Positions 9,095-18,773 of a stretch of 64,000 nucleotides of DNA are shown one piece after another. Under the pieces are notes generated by a model that searched no databases, was not told the DNA's origin, and was given only the letters and a program-made list of their open reading frames with translations. The number at the start of each line of letters is the position of its first letter. The first letter of the stretch is position 1. The position numbers were made by a program, and so were the translations under genes. Source of the stretch: Gemmatimonas sp. (lineage in GTDB: Bacteria; Gemmatimonadota; Gemmatimonadetes; Gemmatimonadales; Gemmatimonadaceae); NCBI GenBank assembly GCA_031414535.1, contig JANNVQ010000038.1, positions 1-64,000 on the forward strand, given 5' to 3'.

Positions 9095-10570
9095 CTAACG
9101 AGTCTCGCGGCTCCGTGTTTCACCCGTTCCATACGCCGGAGTTCCCAGCGCGACGGCGAGGGTGCCTAGGGCACGCGCGCGGCGCGACACCAAGGTCGCC
9201 AGCCGAAGCCGCTCGTCGAGTAACGTGCGCTCGCGCAGGTTCACGATGAGTAACGAGACCTCGCCTGCCTCAAAGCGATTCTGCTCCGCCGCCAGCAACT
9301 GCGTCTGCATTGCCACGAGTGATTCCTGCCGAACCAGCTGCGCGTCCACTACTTCAATCTCAATCAACGCACGTTGCGCTTCGACTTCCACATCGCGGCG
9401 GATGCGATCGCGCTCCAGCCCGAGTGCGCGGGCTCTGGACTCCGCGACTCTCAGGCGCCCTACCTCACGGCGCAAGAACAGGGGCAAGCGCACATTGCCA
9501 CTGAACTTGCTGTCTTCACCCCCGAAGCCAAGGCCGCTGACGTCACCAAGGGAACTCCCAGCTGCGAGGCCGCTGAACTCGACGCTTGCCGACGGGAGGA
9601 TGCCGGTGGCCGCGAGACGACGTGAGGCATCGGCTTGGCGCCAGCGGGCCGTGGCCTGCTGCACGGCGGGATGGCGCGCTACGAGATAGCGCAGACGATC
9701 ACCGTTCCCCGTGAGTGCCTCGGCTTCGCTGCGCAGCTCAGCGCGTTCCGATGGCACCGCACCGGCCGGCAGCGCATCGGGCACACCGTCGGCCGTCCAC
9801 CACCAGGCCTCAGCAATCAAACGCGCGATCCGCGCAGCCGCCGCGGCGTCCAGTCGCAGTACTTCGCGGGCGGTCAGTTCGGCATTCGCTTCCACTGAAT
9901 CAATCTCTGCGGCATCGCCGGTCTCGACGCGGCGGCGAATGGCATGAAGGCGAAAGCGCGCCAGCTCCACGCCTTCGGAGGCGATGCGCGCTCGGCGCTC
10001 AGACTCGGCCCACTGGCCCCAGTCGCGGGCCGCGGACTGCAACACGCGCGCGATGGCCAAGTCGCGCTCGGCGTCTGCCGCATCGCGCGCCACCTCGGCC
10101 TGCCGCAAGGCCGTGCGCCGCTCGTCGGTGAGCAGACGCGGACCGATGGGAAGCATCACGCCGAATGAAAGCAAGCCAGCGCCCGGCGTGGCGCGCTCGG
10201 GATTGATGATCTGCCCAGCGGCGCGCTCCCAACCAAGCTTGAAGTCCACTCCCCACGGCGTCGGCACCACGAGACGTGCGTCAAACTCATCGTAATAGCC
10301 GATGCCTTTGAACCGCTTGGTCTCCCACAGCGCCGAGATGTAGGGGTCGAACCCACCGCGAGCGGCCAAGGCCTCGCCGCGCACTTGATCGCGCGCCGCC
10401 GACGCTTGCTTCACGCTCGGATGATTCTCCGCCGCACGCGCAATGAACGACTCGAGCGTGATCTCAACGCGGGCGGCTTGCGAGCTACTCTGTGCGGCGA
10501 GTGACGGGGCGGCGAGTGACGGCGCGGCGAGCGCAAGCACACGCAGCGCGCCGAAGAGAGACGTCCGCAT
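9095..10570 (-). CDS. TolC family outer-membrane channel
   Basis: Start reassigned to ATG 10570 (overlaps the hlyD-like stop); signal peptide, two OEP-like helical repeats, RFEAGEVSLL motif. Confidence 0.85.
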   Translation of the reverse strand: MRTSLFGALRVLALAAPSLAAPSLAAQSSSQAARVEITLESFIARAAENHPSVKQASAARDQVRGEALAARGGFDPYISALWETKRFKGIGYYDEFDARLVVPTPWGVDFKLGWERAAGQIINPERATPGAGLLSFGVMLPIGPRLLTDERRTALRQAEVARDAADAERDLAIARVLQSAARDWGQWAESERRARIASEGVELARFRLHAIRRRVETGDAAEIDSVEANAELTAREVLRLDAAAAARIARLIAEAWWWTADGVPDALPAGAVPSERAELRSEAEALTGNGDRLRYLVARHPAVQQATARWRQADASRRLAATGILPSASVEFSGLAAGSSLGDVSGLGFGGEDSKFSGNVRLPLFLRREVGRLRVAESRARALGLERDRIRRDVEVEAQRALIEIEVVDAQLVRQESLVAMQTQLLAAEQNRFEAGEVSLLIVNLRERTLLDERLRLATLVSRRARALGTLAVALGTPAYGTGETRSRETR

Positions 10571-11889
10571 CAAATTTTTGGCTTGCTCGAGAACGGCGCG
10601 CCGCTCGGACTGATCAACCCGCTCTGCGGAATCGACGGCGGGAAGCCGTTGACCGTACGCCAGACTTCGAACCACACGCGCACCTCGCGCAACATGGCCC
10701 AGCCGCGCACACCCGAGCCCATTAAGAGCTCGCGCGGCCACGCCACCTGCGCGGTGTCGGGTGCCACGAGCACACGGTAGTAGCCATTGGGCAGCGCCAC
10801 TTGATCCACGACGGCCACCCGGCCACCAAAAGTACCGAGCGACGCGTTGGGCCAGCCGCTGAACTGCAGCGCGGGCCAGCCCGCAAACTCAAGACGTACT
10901 TCATCGCCGAGCCTGAGCAAGGGCACGTCGCGCGCATTCACTTGCAAAGCCACCGCCAGCGTGGGCGCGGCAGCCTGCACCGTAGCGATGGCTTCACCGT
11001 CCTTGACCACCTCGCCGATACCGGCGCGCAGGGCGCGCACCACAATGCCATCACGCGGGGCGCGAACCACGAGCAAACCCTGACGCTCCGTCATGTTGGC
11101 TTCGCCCGTCTCCATCTTGGCAATCTCCCCCATACCATCGGCCACCTCAGCGAGCGTGGCTCGACGCTCGCTCTCTACCTTCGCGATTTTCTCGGCGAAG
11201 TCCGCCTCTACTCCCGAACGCTCTGCGCGCGCCGTTGCCAAGGCAGCACCCTGCTCCACCGCGAGCGCGGACGCACGCTGCTGGCGCTGGCGCGCCGCCT
11301 CGAAATCCGCACGCGAGCGGAGACCATCGTTCACTAGGGCCTGCATGCGCTCCAACTGCACGGTAGCAATGGAGTCCTCAAGCGTGGCCGCCCGCAACGT
11401 GGCCGTAATCTGTTGAATGCGATTGTCGGCGCGGATGCGCCCGAGCGTACGCAAGGAATCCAAGGCAATAGCCTGATCGGCCAGTGCAGCAGCCTTGGCG
11501 CGCTTCTCCTGAACGGACTGACGCTTGGCCTGCACCTGCTCGCCCAAGCGGTCCAGCGTGAGCGGATCAAGGTAGGCTTCCTTCACTTCCGACATCGCCA
11601 TAATCGGATCGCCGACCTTTACTGAGTCGCCTTCCTGCACATACCACTCAGAGATGCGGCCGCCCACGGCGGCCACGGCCTCCTGCGGACGGTCCTCCGG
11701 TTTCAGAGCCGTGACCTCACCAGCCCCGGCCACGTTCTGCTGCCACGGCAAGAACGCCACGATCAACAACACGAGCAACACGCCCATCATCCACGTCCCC
11801 AGCACGCGGAAGGATGGTTGACGTGCAAGCAGCTTCACCGACTCGAGCGAGGAGCCGCCGCGATCAAGGAGATTGAGCGAGTCTGCCAT
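10570..11889 (-). CDS. HlyD family membrane-fusion protein
   Basis: N-terminal TM, GRISEWYVQEGDSVKVGD lipoyl half-motif, coiled coil, VRAPRDG. Confidence 0.88.
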   Translation of the reverse strand: MADSLNLLDRGGSSLESVKLLARQPSFRVLGTWMMGVLLVLLIVAFLPWQQNVAGAGEVTALKPEDRPQEAVAAVGGRISEWYVQEGDSVKVGDPIMAMSEVKEAYLDPLTLDRLGEQVQAKRQSVQEKRAKAAALADQAIALDSLRTLGRIRADNRIQQITATLRAATLEDSIATVQLERMQALVNDGLRSRADFEAARQRQQRASALAVEQGAALATARAERSGVEADFAEKIAKVESERRATLAEVADGMGEIAKMETGEANMTERQGLLVVRAPRDGIVVRALRAGIGEVVKDGEAIATVQAAAPTLAVALQVNARDVPLLRLGDEVRLEFAGWPALQFSGWPNASLGTFGGRVAVVDQVALPNGYYRVLVAPDTAQVAWPRELLMGSGVRGWAMLREVRVWFEVWRTVNGFPPSIPQSGLISPSGAPFSSKPKI

Positions 11890-14081
11890 TACGCGGCGCT
11901 CCGCGAGGACGACATCAGTTCGCGCAAAAATATGTCGTTCGCCAAGTCCTTCCATGGCGCGGCAGCGTGCGTCACGCCCTCTCGTAGCACCAGCACGGTA
12001 TCAACCGCGGCAAACACTTCCGGATCGTGTGAGACGATGAAAAGCGTCCAGGGCGCGTCGGGCCCAGTCAGCACCTTCACAAGGTCGTGACGCGCGGCTG
12101 ACTCCACCGATGCCAGCAGTTCATCGATCACCAGGAGTCGCGGCCGGGCCGCGATGGCCCGCGCGACGAGAATCTTGACTCGCAAGGTCGTGGGCAGGCC
12201 CCGGCCCGCCGAGACCAGCGGCGTGCGCAGTCCGAGCGCGAGTGCCTGCACCTCATCGAAGGCGCCTACGCGCTCGAGCGCATGCATCACTTCGGCCGGG
12301 CCAACACCTAAGCGGCCGAGGGCGACGTTCTCTTCCACCGTCCCTTCGAATACCTCGTTTTGCCCGAACACCAGGCCGATGCGGTCGCGCATGGTCGTAG
12401 GATCCACGTCACGCAGCGTAATGCCCGCCGCCTGCACCTGACCAGCGTAGTGCGGCAGCAAACCCGACACCACACCCAGCAACGTGGACGCGCCGGCACC
12501 ATCCGGACCCGTCACCGCAATCTTGGCTCCCGCCGGCACATCGAGTGTGATGCCGCTCAGGGCGGGACGGCTCGCTGCGGGATAGTTGTACGACACATCC
12601 GTGAGCTTCACCGACAGTCCCGTCCCATCATCAGGCAGGGTGAGGCCGCCCACCGATTCCAAGGGGAGATCAGTCACGCCGCCGAGTTTGTAGACCGCAG
12701 TCAGGAGGTCGTACATCTCGTCGAGCGAATCCACCAGCTTCTCGACGCCCGCCAGCACGGTGACCACCACAAGCTCCGCCGCCACAAACTGGCCCAGCGT
12801 AATCTGCCCGCCAATCACCAGCCAGGATCCAAGGATCAACAGCGAACCAGTGATGACTGCTTTCAAGCCAACCGCTGAAAGTGCCTGCCACACGATCACG
12901 CGGAAATGCCGCTGCCGATAGCGCAAATACCCGGTGACATGCTCGTCCATTCGCTCCAACGCCGGCGTGGCGCGGCCGGCCGCCTTGAAGGAACTCACCG
13001 TACGTGCGAGTTCCTCGAGCCAATGCACGGCGCGGTACTTGTACTTGCTCTCCATCAGGCTCGTCTCGAGGCCCTTGGGATACGTCAGCCACAGGACAAC
13101 CCAGAAGGCCAACGCGAGGCCAATCCAGAACACAATGAAGTACGGGTGATAAAAGCCGAGCAAGAGCAGGCCGAACAGCACCTGCAAGGCCGCCGTCGTG
13201 GCGCCCGTGAGCAACTTGCCGAGCGACTTCTGGATGGTGATCACTTCGAAAAAGCGGTTCATTCGTTCCGGCAGATCGTCCTTCAGCCACTGCTCCACGC
13301 TCACGCGCGGCACTCGCAGCGAGAACTCCAACGCAATGCGCGCAAAAATGCGCTGCTGGATGCGCTCCACTGCGGCGAGCTGCAGCACTTGCAGCACTCC
13401 CGTCGCGATGGTGCCGATAATCACGAACGTGATGAGAATGACGATGGGCTGCAGGAAGAGTCCGCCCGACACCAGTCCGATGATTGCCTGCACCCCCACC
13501 GGCAGCGTCAGCGAAAACAGACCGACAAGCGTGGCGTAGGCATAGACGAGACCGATATTGCCCTTCTCGAGGACTAGTAGCTCCCAGAGTCGCTCAGTTG
13601 GCGTGCGGGAGAGCGCGTCGGCCGCAGGGCCGAGCACCGCTTCGGGTAGCACCTTCGCAGGAAAAAGCGCACCGAGCACGCCGCCTGCTCCCGCCAGACG
13701 CGTGAACACCCCGTCCGCGTGCAGCTGCTCATTGAGGACCTCGCCGGCCGCTGTCACGATGCGGAGCGTGACGCTTTCTCCGCGCACTTCATGAACCACA
13801 GCGCCTAGGACGCCCTGCTGCGGGTGCTCGGCGACCAGCACAATTGGCGCGGACGCCCCGCGGATGACACGGCTGAACTCTTCGCCCGCGTATGACTGGC
13901 GAAGGTAGGCTACGCCGCAGCGGCGCCCGCTCTCGACGATGCTCTCGACGAGGTCGGCAGGAGAGACTTCAGGGAGATGACAGCGGCGCAGATCGTCGCG
14001 CCACGCAGCGCCGGGGTCTTCAAGACCCAACAGTTCAGCAACTTGTTGCGTGAGCAGGACGGCGCGAGGCATCGGTACCAT
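11889..14081 (-). CDS. Type I secretion ABC transporter (C39-like N-domain + TMD + degenerate NBD)
   Basis: Six-TM ABC membrane domain, GQITLGQFVA; NBD has Walker B LLVIDE and H-loop, but Walker A reads GPDGAGAST. Confidence 0.82.
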   Translation of the reverse strand: MVPMPRAVLLTQQVAELLGLEDPGAAWRDDLRRCHLPEVSPADLVESIVESGRRCGVAYLRQSYAGEEFSRVIRGASAPIVLVAEHPQQGVLGAVVHEVRGESVTLRIVTAAGEVLNEQLHADGVFTRLAGAGGVLGALFPAKVLPEAVLGPAADALSRTPTERLWELLVLEKGNIGLVYAYATLVGLFSLTLPVGVQAIIGLVSGGLFLQPIVILITFVIIGTIATGVLQVLQLAAVERIQQRIFARIALEFSLRVPRVSVEQWLKDDLPERMNRFFEVITIQKSLGKLLTGATTAALQVLFGLLLLGFYHPYFIVFWIGLALAFWVVLWLTYPKGLETSLMESKYKYRAVHWLEELARTVSSFKAAGRATPALERMDEHVTGYLRYRQRHFRVIVWQALSAVGLKAVITGSLLILGSWLVIGGQITLGQFVAAELVVVTVLAGVEKLVDSLDEMYDLLTAVYKLGGVTDLPLESVGGLTLPDDGTGLSVKLTDVSYNYPAASRPALSGITLDVPAGAKIAVTGPDGAGASTLLGVVSGLLPHYAGQVQAAGITLRDVDPTTMRDRIGLVFGQNEVFEGTVEENVALGRLGVGPAEVMHALERVGAFDEVQALALGLRTPLVSAGRGLPTTLRVKILVARAIAARPRLLVIDELLASVESAARHDLVKVLTGPDAPWTLFIVSHDPEVFAAVDTVLVLREGVTHAAAPWKDLANDIFLRELMSSSRSAA

Positions 14082-14249
14082 AATTCTTTATACGGGCGCA
14101 GAAAATAAGGGGACAAGACTTATCGGTTCTAATATCAGCAAGCGCCAGCCTGGAGGGCAGTGGGGAGCTCCCTGCATTTCAGGAGATTGACGAAGACCGG
14201 ACGATAAAGAAACGCTCGCGCGCCCTCTGGCGAGGCGCTTGGGAGCGGT

Positions 14250-14759
14250 CTACGGTGCCGCCGGAAGTCCCGCTTGAATGGCCAGCACGATGCGGTCTTG
14301 GTTCGTGACGCGGCCCCCGGCAATCACCACCGCGATATTGTTGTTGGTGACGAGCATCATGGGCGGTGCGTAGGGCGAAACGCTGCCCGCAGGTACGGCC
14401 GTGAGGGAGTCCAGCTTCTCCGTCACGGCTCGGCGTGCGGAGGAATCGGCGTAGATCCAGGCGTACACCTCCCCGCCCCCCGCCAAAAGGGCGATGGTCC
14501 TGCTCTCCATCCATGGCGCCTCGATGCGGGCCGAGGCATTCACTCGCGGCGCCACACCGGCCCTGACGAGGCGATCCATCAAATGCGCCTCACTCCAGAG
14601 TCCCGTACTGGGTAGCGAGGCGGCTTGGCGCGCGGTGGTGACGGCCGCGTCCATGGACGTCCGAACCGCCGCCTGCTCCGCCGCAGCCTTCGTCTCGGCG
14701 TCGCCGCACCCGATGAGCCAAGCGGCGAGTAGCATTAGTTTGAACGGATGACGGTGCAT
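14250..14759 (-). CDS. Hypothetical lipoprotein
   Basis: LLAAWLIG-C lipobox; start 14759 or 14735. Confidence 0.6.
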   Translation of the reverse strand: MHRHPFKLMLLAAWLIGCGDAETKAAAEQAAVRTSMDAAVTTARQAASLPSTGLWSEAHLMDRLVRAGVAPRVNASARIEAPWMESRTIALLAGGGEVYAWIYADSSARRAVTEKLDSLTAVPAGSVSPYAPPMMLVTNNNIAVVIAGGRVTNQDRIVLAIQAGLPAAP

Positions 14760-15158
14760 AGCGATGACGCTCCTCTGAGGACAGAACCGGTCCGCGTGGA
14801 CAAGTGGCTGTGGGCGGCGCGGTTCTTCAAGACGCGCTCCCTCGCAGCGGACACGGTGGATGGAGGCAAGGTGTACGTGAACGGAGACCGCGCCAAGCCC
14901 GCCAAGTCCGTGAAGCCAGGCGACGAGATACGGATTCGGCTTGGCCCCTATGAGCATGTGCTGATTGTTCGGGGCACCTCAGAGCGGCGCGGACCCGCGC
15001 CCGAGGCCCAGCGCCTGTACGAGGAGACGTCGGCGTCTCGGGAAGCCCGCGAAAAGCTCCACTGGCAGCTCACCAAGGCCGCCCCGGCGATGGAAGCGGC
15101 GCCTGGTCGGCCCACCAAACAGGACCGCCGAGCGCTGAACCGCTTCAAGGGCCGCTGA
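14748..15158 (+). CDS. hslR: Ribosome-associated heat-shock protein Hsp15 (S4 domain)
   Basis: RVDKWLWAARFFKTRSLA, GRPTKQDRR. Confidence 0.92.
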   Translation: MTVHSDDAPLRTEPVRVDKWLWAARFFKTRSLAADTVDGGKVYVNGDRAKPAKSVKPGDEIRIRLGPYEHVLIVRGTSERRGPAPEAQRLYEETSASREAREKLHWQLTKAAPAMEAAPGRPTKQDRRALNRFKGR

Positions 15159-15161
15159 GCT

Positions 15162-15189
15162 GAAGACGGATGACGGATGGCGGAAGACG
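15162..15189 (+). repeat. GACGGAW heptamer tandem repeat after the hslR stop
   Basis: gaagacggatgacggatggcggaagacg. Confidence 0.8.
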
Positions 15190-15268
15190 CGAGAGGTCTC
15201 GTAGAGTGGCGCGCGGGCCCCTGCCCCCGTTAGCATTCCTGCTCTGAACTTTTGCCGTGGAGATTGGT

Positions 15269-15430
15269 ATGTCGAACAACGAGACTTCCTACGATCCCAA
15301 CAAGCTCGGATGGGGCTTTGCCGCCGCCATCATCGTGCTCGCGATTGTTGCAAACCTGACGGCCTTCTCGATCCACAAGGCTACCTACCTGAAGCCAGAC
15401 AAGGCCAAGGCCGAAGCGACCGCGCACTAA
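15269..15430 (+). CDS. Small single-TM protein (53 aa), absent from the ORF track
   Basis: GGAGA RBS; MSNNETSYDPNKLGWGFAAAIIVLAIVANLTAFSIHKATYLKPDKAKAEATAH; GC-rich third positions; followed by a terminator. Confidence 0.7.
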   Translation: MSNNETSYDPNKLGWGFAAAIIVLAIVANLTAFSIHKATYLKPDKAKAEATAH

Positions 15431-15475
15431 GCGGGTTACGGGTCGCAGGCTGCTGATTGTTGGAGAGAAACAGAC

Positions 15476-15510
15476 AGGGGCGCGAATCCAATGGATTCGC
15501 GCCCCTTTTT
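15476..15510 (+). terminator. Rho-independent terminator between the small ORF and convergent infA
   Basis: aggggcgcgaatcca-a-tggattcgcgcccct inverted repeat followed by TTTT. Confidence 0.85.
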
Positions 15511-15535
15511 CGATGTGCCCGTCAGGTGCTTCGAC

Positions 15536-15757
15536 TTAGTTCTTGTGACGGAACGTGATGCGCCCGCGGCTCAGATCGTACGGCGAGACTTCGACCGTCA
15601 CGCGATCGCCCTGCAGAACTCGAATGCGGAAGCGCCGCATCTTCCCGGCCATCGTGGCGAGCACGTCGTGCCCATTTGACAAGAGCACGCGAAACGTCGC
15701 GCTGGGGAGCACTTCGCTCACGGTTCCTTCGAGTTCAATCGCTTCTTCCTTCGCCAT
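15536..15757 (-). CDS. infA: Translation initiation factor IF-1
   Basis: [13 protein letters not shown]...[33 protein letters not shown]; start reassigned to 15757. Confidence 0.97.
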   Translation of the reverse strand: MAKEEAIELEGTVSEVLPSATFRVLLSNGHDVLATMAGKMRRFRIRVLQGDRVTVEVSPYDLSRGRITFRHKN

Positions 15758-15779
15758 AGTGTCCGGTCGGGGGTTATCC

Positions 15780-16472
15780 CTACAATCTAGCTTGGGACGC
15801 AGCGCTCTCACAACCGCGAGCACCGCCCGCGGCCTTCTCCAGGACGGCCACGACTTCGTTGATGGTGGAGGCCCCGGCATCGGTCTCGTACCAGGCCGCC
15901 TTGCGAGGGGCGAAGTCGCTGGTGCCGCCGCCTGCGCGGGCCTCGATGGCGATGGCCTGCAACGCAGCGGGACGTTCAATCCAGCAACCAACCTCCTCGC
16001 CAGCCTCGTTCAGCACGACCACCGTGGGGGTCGCAGCGCGCCCGTCGGGTGTGCGGCGGGCCTCCATCAGCTCCCTGCCCGCCTGCGGCGTGATGACCCG
16101 CATCTCCAGTTGTGGCACGGCGGCCACGAGGCGTGCCAGAAACGGGATGGTGTTCACGGAGTCGCTACAGGAATCCACCGCAACGACCAAGAGGCGCCAC
16201 CGCCCCGGAAGCGCCTGGGCACGAGCGAGCGCGTCGGCCGGCACCACGCCCTGGGTGGCGTGCCTCAGCCACATGTCTCGGCGCGCACGGGCGGCGCCCA
16301 AGAATCCATCCCATGGTTCCCCACTCTCGTACAGCCGAACCAGCGTCGAGTCCGAGACCGCATGGCGGGACACCCGGGACATTTCAGTCTGAACCGCGAC
16401 ATCATCTATGCACACGACTGGCGCGGGCGTTACGGCAAGCGAGAGCAGCGCAAACGGGATGGCAAATGACAT
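15780..16472 (-). CDS. Exported thioredoxin-fold protein (Thioredoxin_9-like)
   Basis: [12 protein letters not shown] (CxxS), [14 protein letters not shown] motifs; N-terminal signal. Confidence 0.72.
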   Translation of the reverse strand: MSFAIPFALLSLAVTPAPVVCIDDVAVQTEMSRVSRHAVSDSTLVRLYESGEPWDGFLGAARARRDMWLRHATQGVVPADALARAQALPGRWRLLVVAVDSCSDSVNTIPFLARLVAAVPQLEMRVITPQAGRELMEARRTPDGRAATPTVVVLNEAGEEVGCWIERPAALQAIAIEARAGGGTSDFAPRKAAWYETDAGASTINEVVAVLEKAAGGARGCESAASQARL

Positions 16473-16569
16473 GTGGAGGGACGCGTGGGCGTCGGTGAAT
16501 GGCTGGATGCAAGATGTCGTATGTGGACGCGCCTTGTAAACGGCCCTCGTTTACCGTTACGCTCCCCTC

Positions 16570-17142
16570 ATGGATCCTCTGGAGATCGTCGCCGCGGCGT
16601 TTGGCGTGCTCAGCGTCTGGCTGAGTACGCGCGAACACATCGCGAGTTGGCCGACGGCGCTCGTGAATACCGCCCTGTACTTCGTGGTGCTCGAGCGGGC
16701 CCATCTCTACGCCAACGCGTGGCTGCAGGTGTTTTACTTCCTCCTCTCCTGCTACGGCTGGTATCAGTGGAAGTTTGGCGGTGCGGCGCATACGGGTGTG
16801 GTTGTCACGCGCGCGTCGGCCCGCACGCTCGTGTGGTCCGCCGCCATCGCCGTGCTCAGCACACTCGTCATCGCGGGCGGACTCGCGCAGTTCACGGACG
16901 CCGCCCTCCCGTGGACGGACGCGGCCACCACGTCGGTGAGCCTCGTCGCGCAGTGGATGCTCACGAGGAAGCTGCGGGAGAACTGGGCCATCTGGGCCGG
17001 CGTGAACGTCGTCTACGTCGCGATGTACGCATCACAGGGGCTCTGGCCGACCGTCGCGCTCTACGTGGCGTTCTTTCTACTGGCCCTGCAAGGTTGGCGC
17101 GCGTGGGGTGAAACCCTGCAGGCACGCGAGGCCAGCGCATGA
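16570..17142 (+). CDS. pnuC: Nicotinamide riboside transporter PnuC
   Basis: YGWYQW, DAATTSVSLVAQW...RKLRENW..W motifs. Confidence 0.9.
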   Translation: MDPLEIVAAAFGVLSVWLSTREHIASWPTALVNTALYFVVLERAHLYANAWLQVFYFLLSCYGWYQWKFGGAAHTGVVVTRASARTLVWSAAIAVLSTLVIAGGLAQFTDAALPWTDAATTSVSLVAQWMLTRKLRENWAIWAGVNVVYVAMYASQGLWPTVALYVAFFLLALQGWRAWGETLQAREASA

Positions 17143-17654
17143 CTGTCGACGTGGTACTCACTGGGCCGGAGAGCAGCGGCAAGACGTCCTTGGCCGTGCA
17201 TCTGAGCGCCGCCTTCTCCGCTCCGTGGATTGCAGAAGCGTCGCGACGCTTTGTGGAATCGGACCCAACGCCGCTCTCGGCGCTGACGGTCGAACCCATT
17301 GCCCGCTTGGCGATGGCCATGGACGACGAGGCTCGCGCGGCTGCACCTCCGCTCTTGATTCACGACACGGATCTGGTGAGCACGGTCGTGTATGCGCGCC
17401 ACTACTACGGCGACTGCCCGCCCTGGATCTTGGCCGAGGCGAAGCGGCGGCGCGCCGATTTGTATCTCTTGTGTTTGCCCGACTTGCCTTGGGAAGCCGA
17501 CGGCGTCCGCGACCGTCCTACGCAACGCACGGAGTTGCTGGAGCAATTTCGCGAGACACTCCAGGCGATTGAGGCCGACTATACCGTCATCGGTGGACTC
17601 GGCGATGCGCGTCGCCGCGCTGCCGAGTCTGCGCTACGGCTGCGGCTGCGATAG
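17139..17654 (+). CDS. NadR C-terminal-like kinase/AAA_28 protein
   Basis: GPESSGKTSLA, LIHDTD, DLPWEADGVRD; coupled to pnuC. Confidence 0.85.
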   Translation: MTVDVVLTGPESSGKTSLAVHLSAAFSAPWIAEASRRFVESDPTPLSALTVEPIARLAMAMDDEARAAAPPLLIHDTDLVSTVVYARHYYGDCPPWILAEAKRRRADLYLLCLPDLPWEADGVRDRPTQRTELLEQFRETLQAIEADYTVIGGLGDARRRAAESALRLRLR

Positions 17655-17690
17655 CGGGAGTGGGAGCGCCAACAGATTGCGTTCAACGAG

Positions 17691-18644
17691 TCAGCGTGCG
17701 GGCCAACTCGTGATTGCTGCGTCGAGGCGCGTCACGAACGACGCGATGGTACGCGCAGCTCCGTAGTAGAAGCCAGCGTTCACCTTTTCCGCATCGTCAC
17801 TGGGCTCGTGGTAGTCGGGATGATCCTCGACACCGAAATAGATGAACGGAATGCTCACGGCGTGGAAGGCGCCTTGGTCAGACTGCGAGGTCCAGTTGTC
17901 GCGACCCGTGCCGGTATCGAAACCCATCTTCACGGTCACTCGCGAATCGCTCACGATGGATTCAACGACGGGCTTCATCTGCGGGTAGGGTGCGGTTCCT
18001 ACCGCCCAAAGGAATCCATTATCGCCGCGGGCCACCATGTCCATGTTGACGTTGGCGGCAATCTGCGCGAGCGGCACGGGCGGAGCGGCCACGAAGGCGC
18101 GCGCGCCGAGCAAGCCCATCTCTTCGGCGTCGAAGAAGACGAAGATGATGCTGTGCGCCGGCCGATTGCGCTGGAAGTGCGCGGCCAACTGTAGCAACGC
18201 GGCGGTGCCCGATGCGTTGTCGTCAGCGCCGTTGTAGACGTTGCCGTTGCGCGTGCCCACGTGATCGAAGTGCGCGCTCACGACGAGGTAGCGCTCAGGA
18301 ATGCGCGTGCCCCTCAACATGCCGAGGACGTTCACGCCCTTCACGGAGTCCGGCCGGTTGCGGCGCGGCATCGTGAAGGCCTGCTCGTAACTGCCATTGA
18401 CCTGGGCAAGTCCGAGGCGCTGCATCTCGGCCACGAGAAATGCCCGCGCCTTGGCGTTCTCTGGCGTCATGGACGCACGTCCCGCCATGGAATCATGCGC
18501 AAGGCGGAAGAGGTCCGACATCAGCCGCGTGGAGTCCAGCGCGGGCAGTGCGGTGAGGGCGGCCGTGGCCGTGGTGGTAGCAGCAGCGCGCGACCCAGCG
18601 CAGCCCGCGATGGCGAGGACGATGATCAAAGAAAGAATTCGCAT
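17691..18644 (-). CDS. M28 family metallopeptidase, lipoprotein
   Basis: LAIAG-C lipobox, SAHFDH, GADDNASG, DAEEMGL, NMDM, SDQ, DYH. Confidence 0.88.
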   Translation of the reverse strand: MRILSLIIVLAIAGCAGSRAAATTTATAALTALPALDSTRLMSDLFRLAHDSMAGRASMTPENAKARAFLVAEMQRLGLAQVNGSYEQAFTMPRRNRPDSVKGVNVLGMLRGTRIPERYLVVSAHFDHVGTRNGNVYNGADDNASGTAALLQLAAHFQRNRPAHSIIFVFFDAEEMGLLGARAFVAAPPVPLAQIAANVNMDMVARGDNGFLWAVGTAPYPQMKPVVESIVSDSRVTVKMGFDTGTGRDNWTSQSDQGAFHAVSIPFIYFGVEDHPDYHEPSDDAEKVNAGFYYGAARTIASFVTRLDAAITSWPAR

Positions 18645-18713
18645 ACTCTGAACCTAGGCTGAGGCAAGAAAGAAGGAAGGCGGCCAGCGAACCATCGCCG
18701 ACCGCCTTCCCTC

Positions 18714-18770
18714 TTCCGTCTTCCGTCATCCGTGATCCGTCATCCGTGATCCGTCATCCGTCATCCGTCC
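18714..18770 (-). repeat. Eight-unit GACGGAW heptamer array right after the porin stop
   Basis: ttccgtc ttccgtc atccgtg atccgtc atccgtg atccgtc atccgtc atccgtc on the + strand. Confidence 0.92.
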
Positions 18771-18773
18771 AAC

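Noticed and set aside
18714..18770. CRISPR array
   Set aside because: 7-bp tandem units with no spacers and no cas genes.
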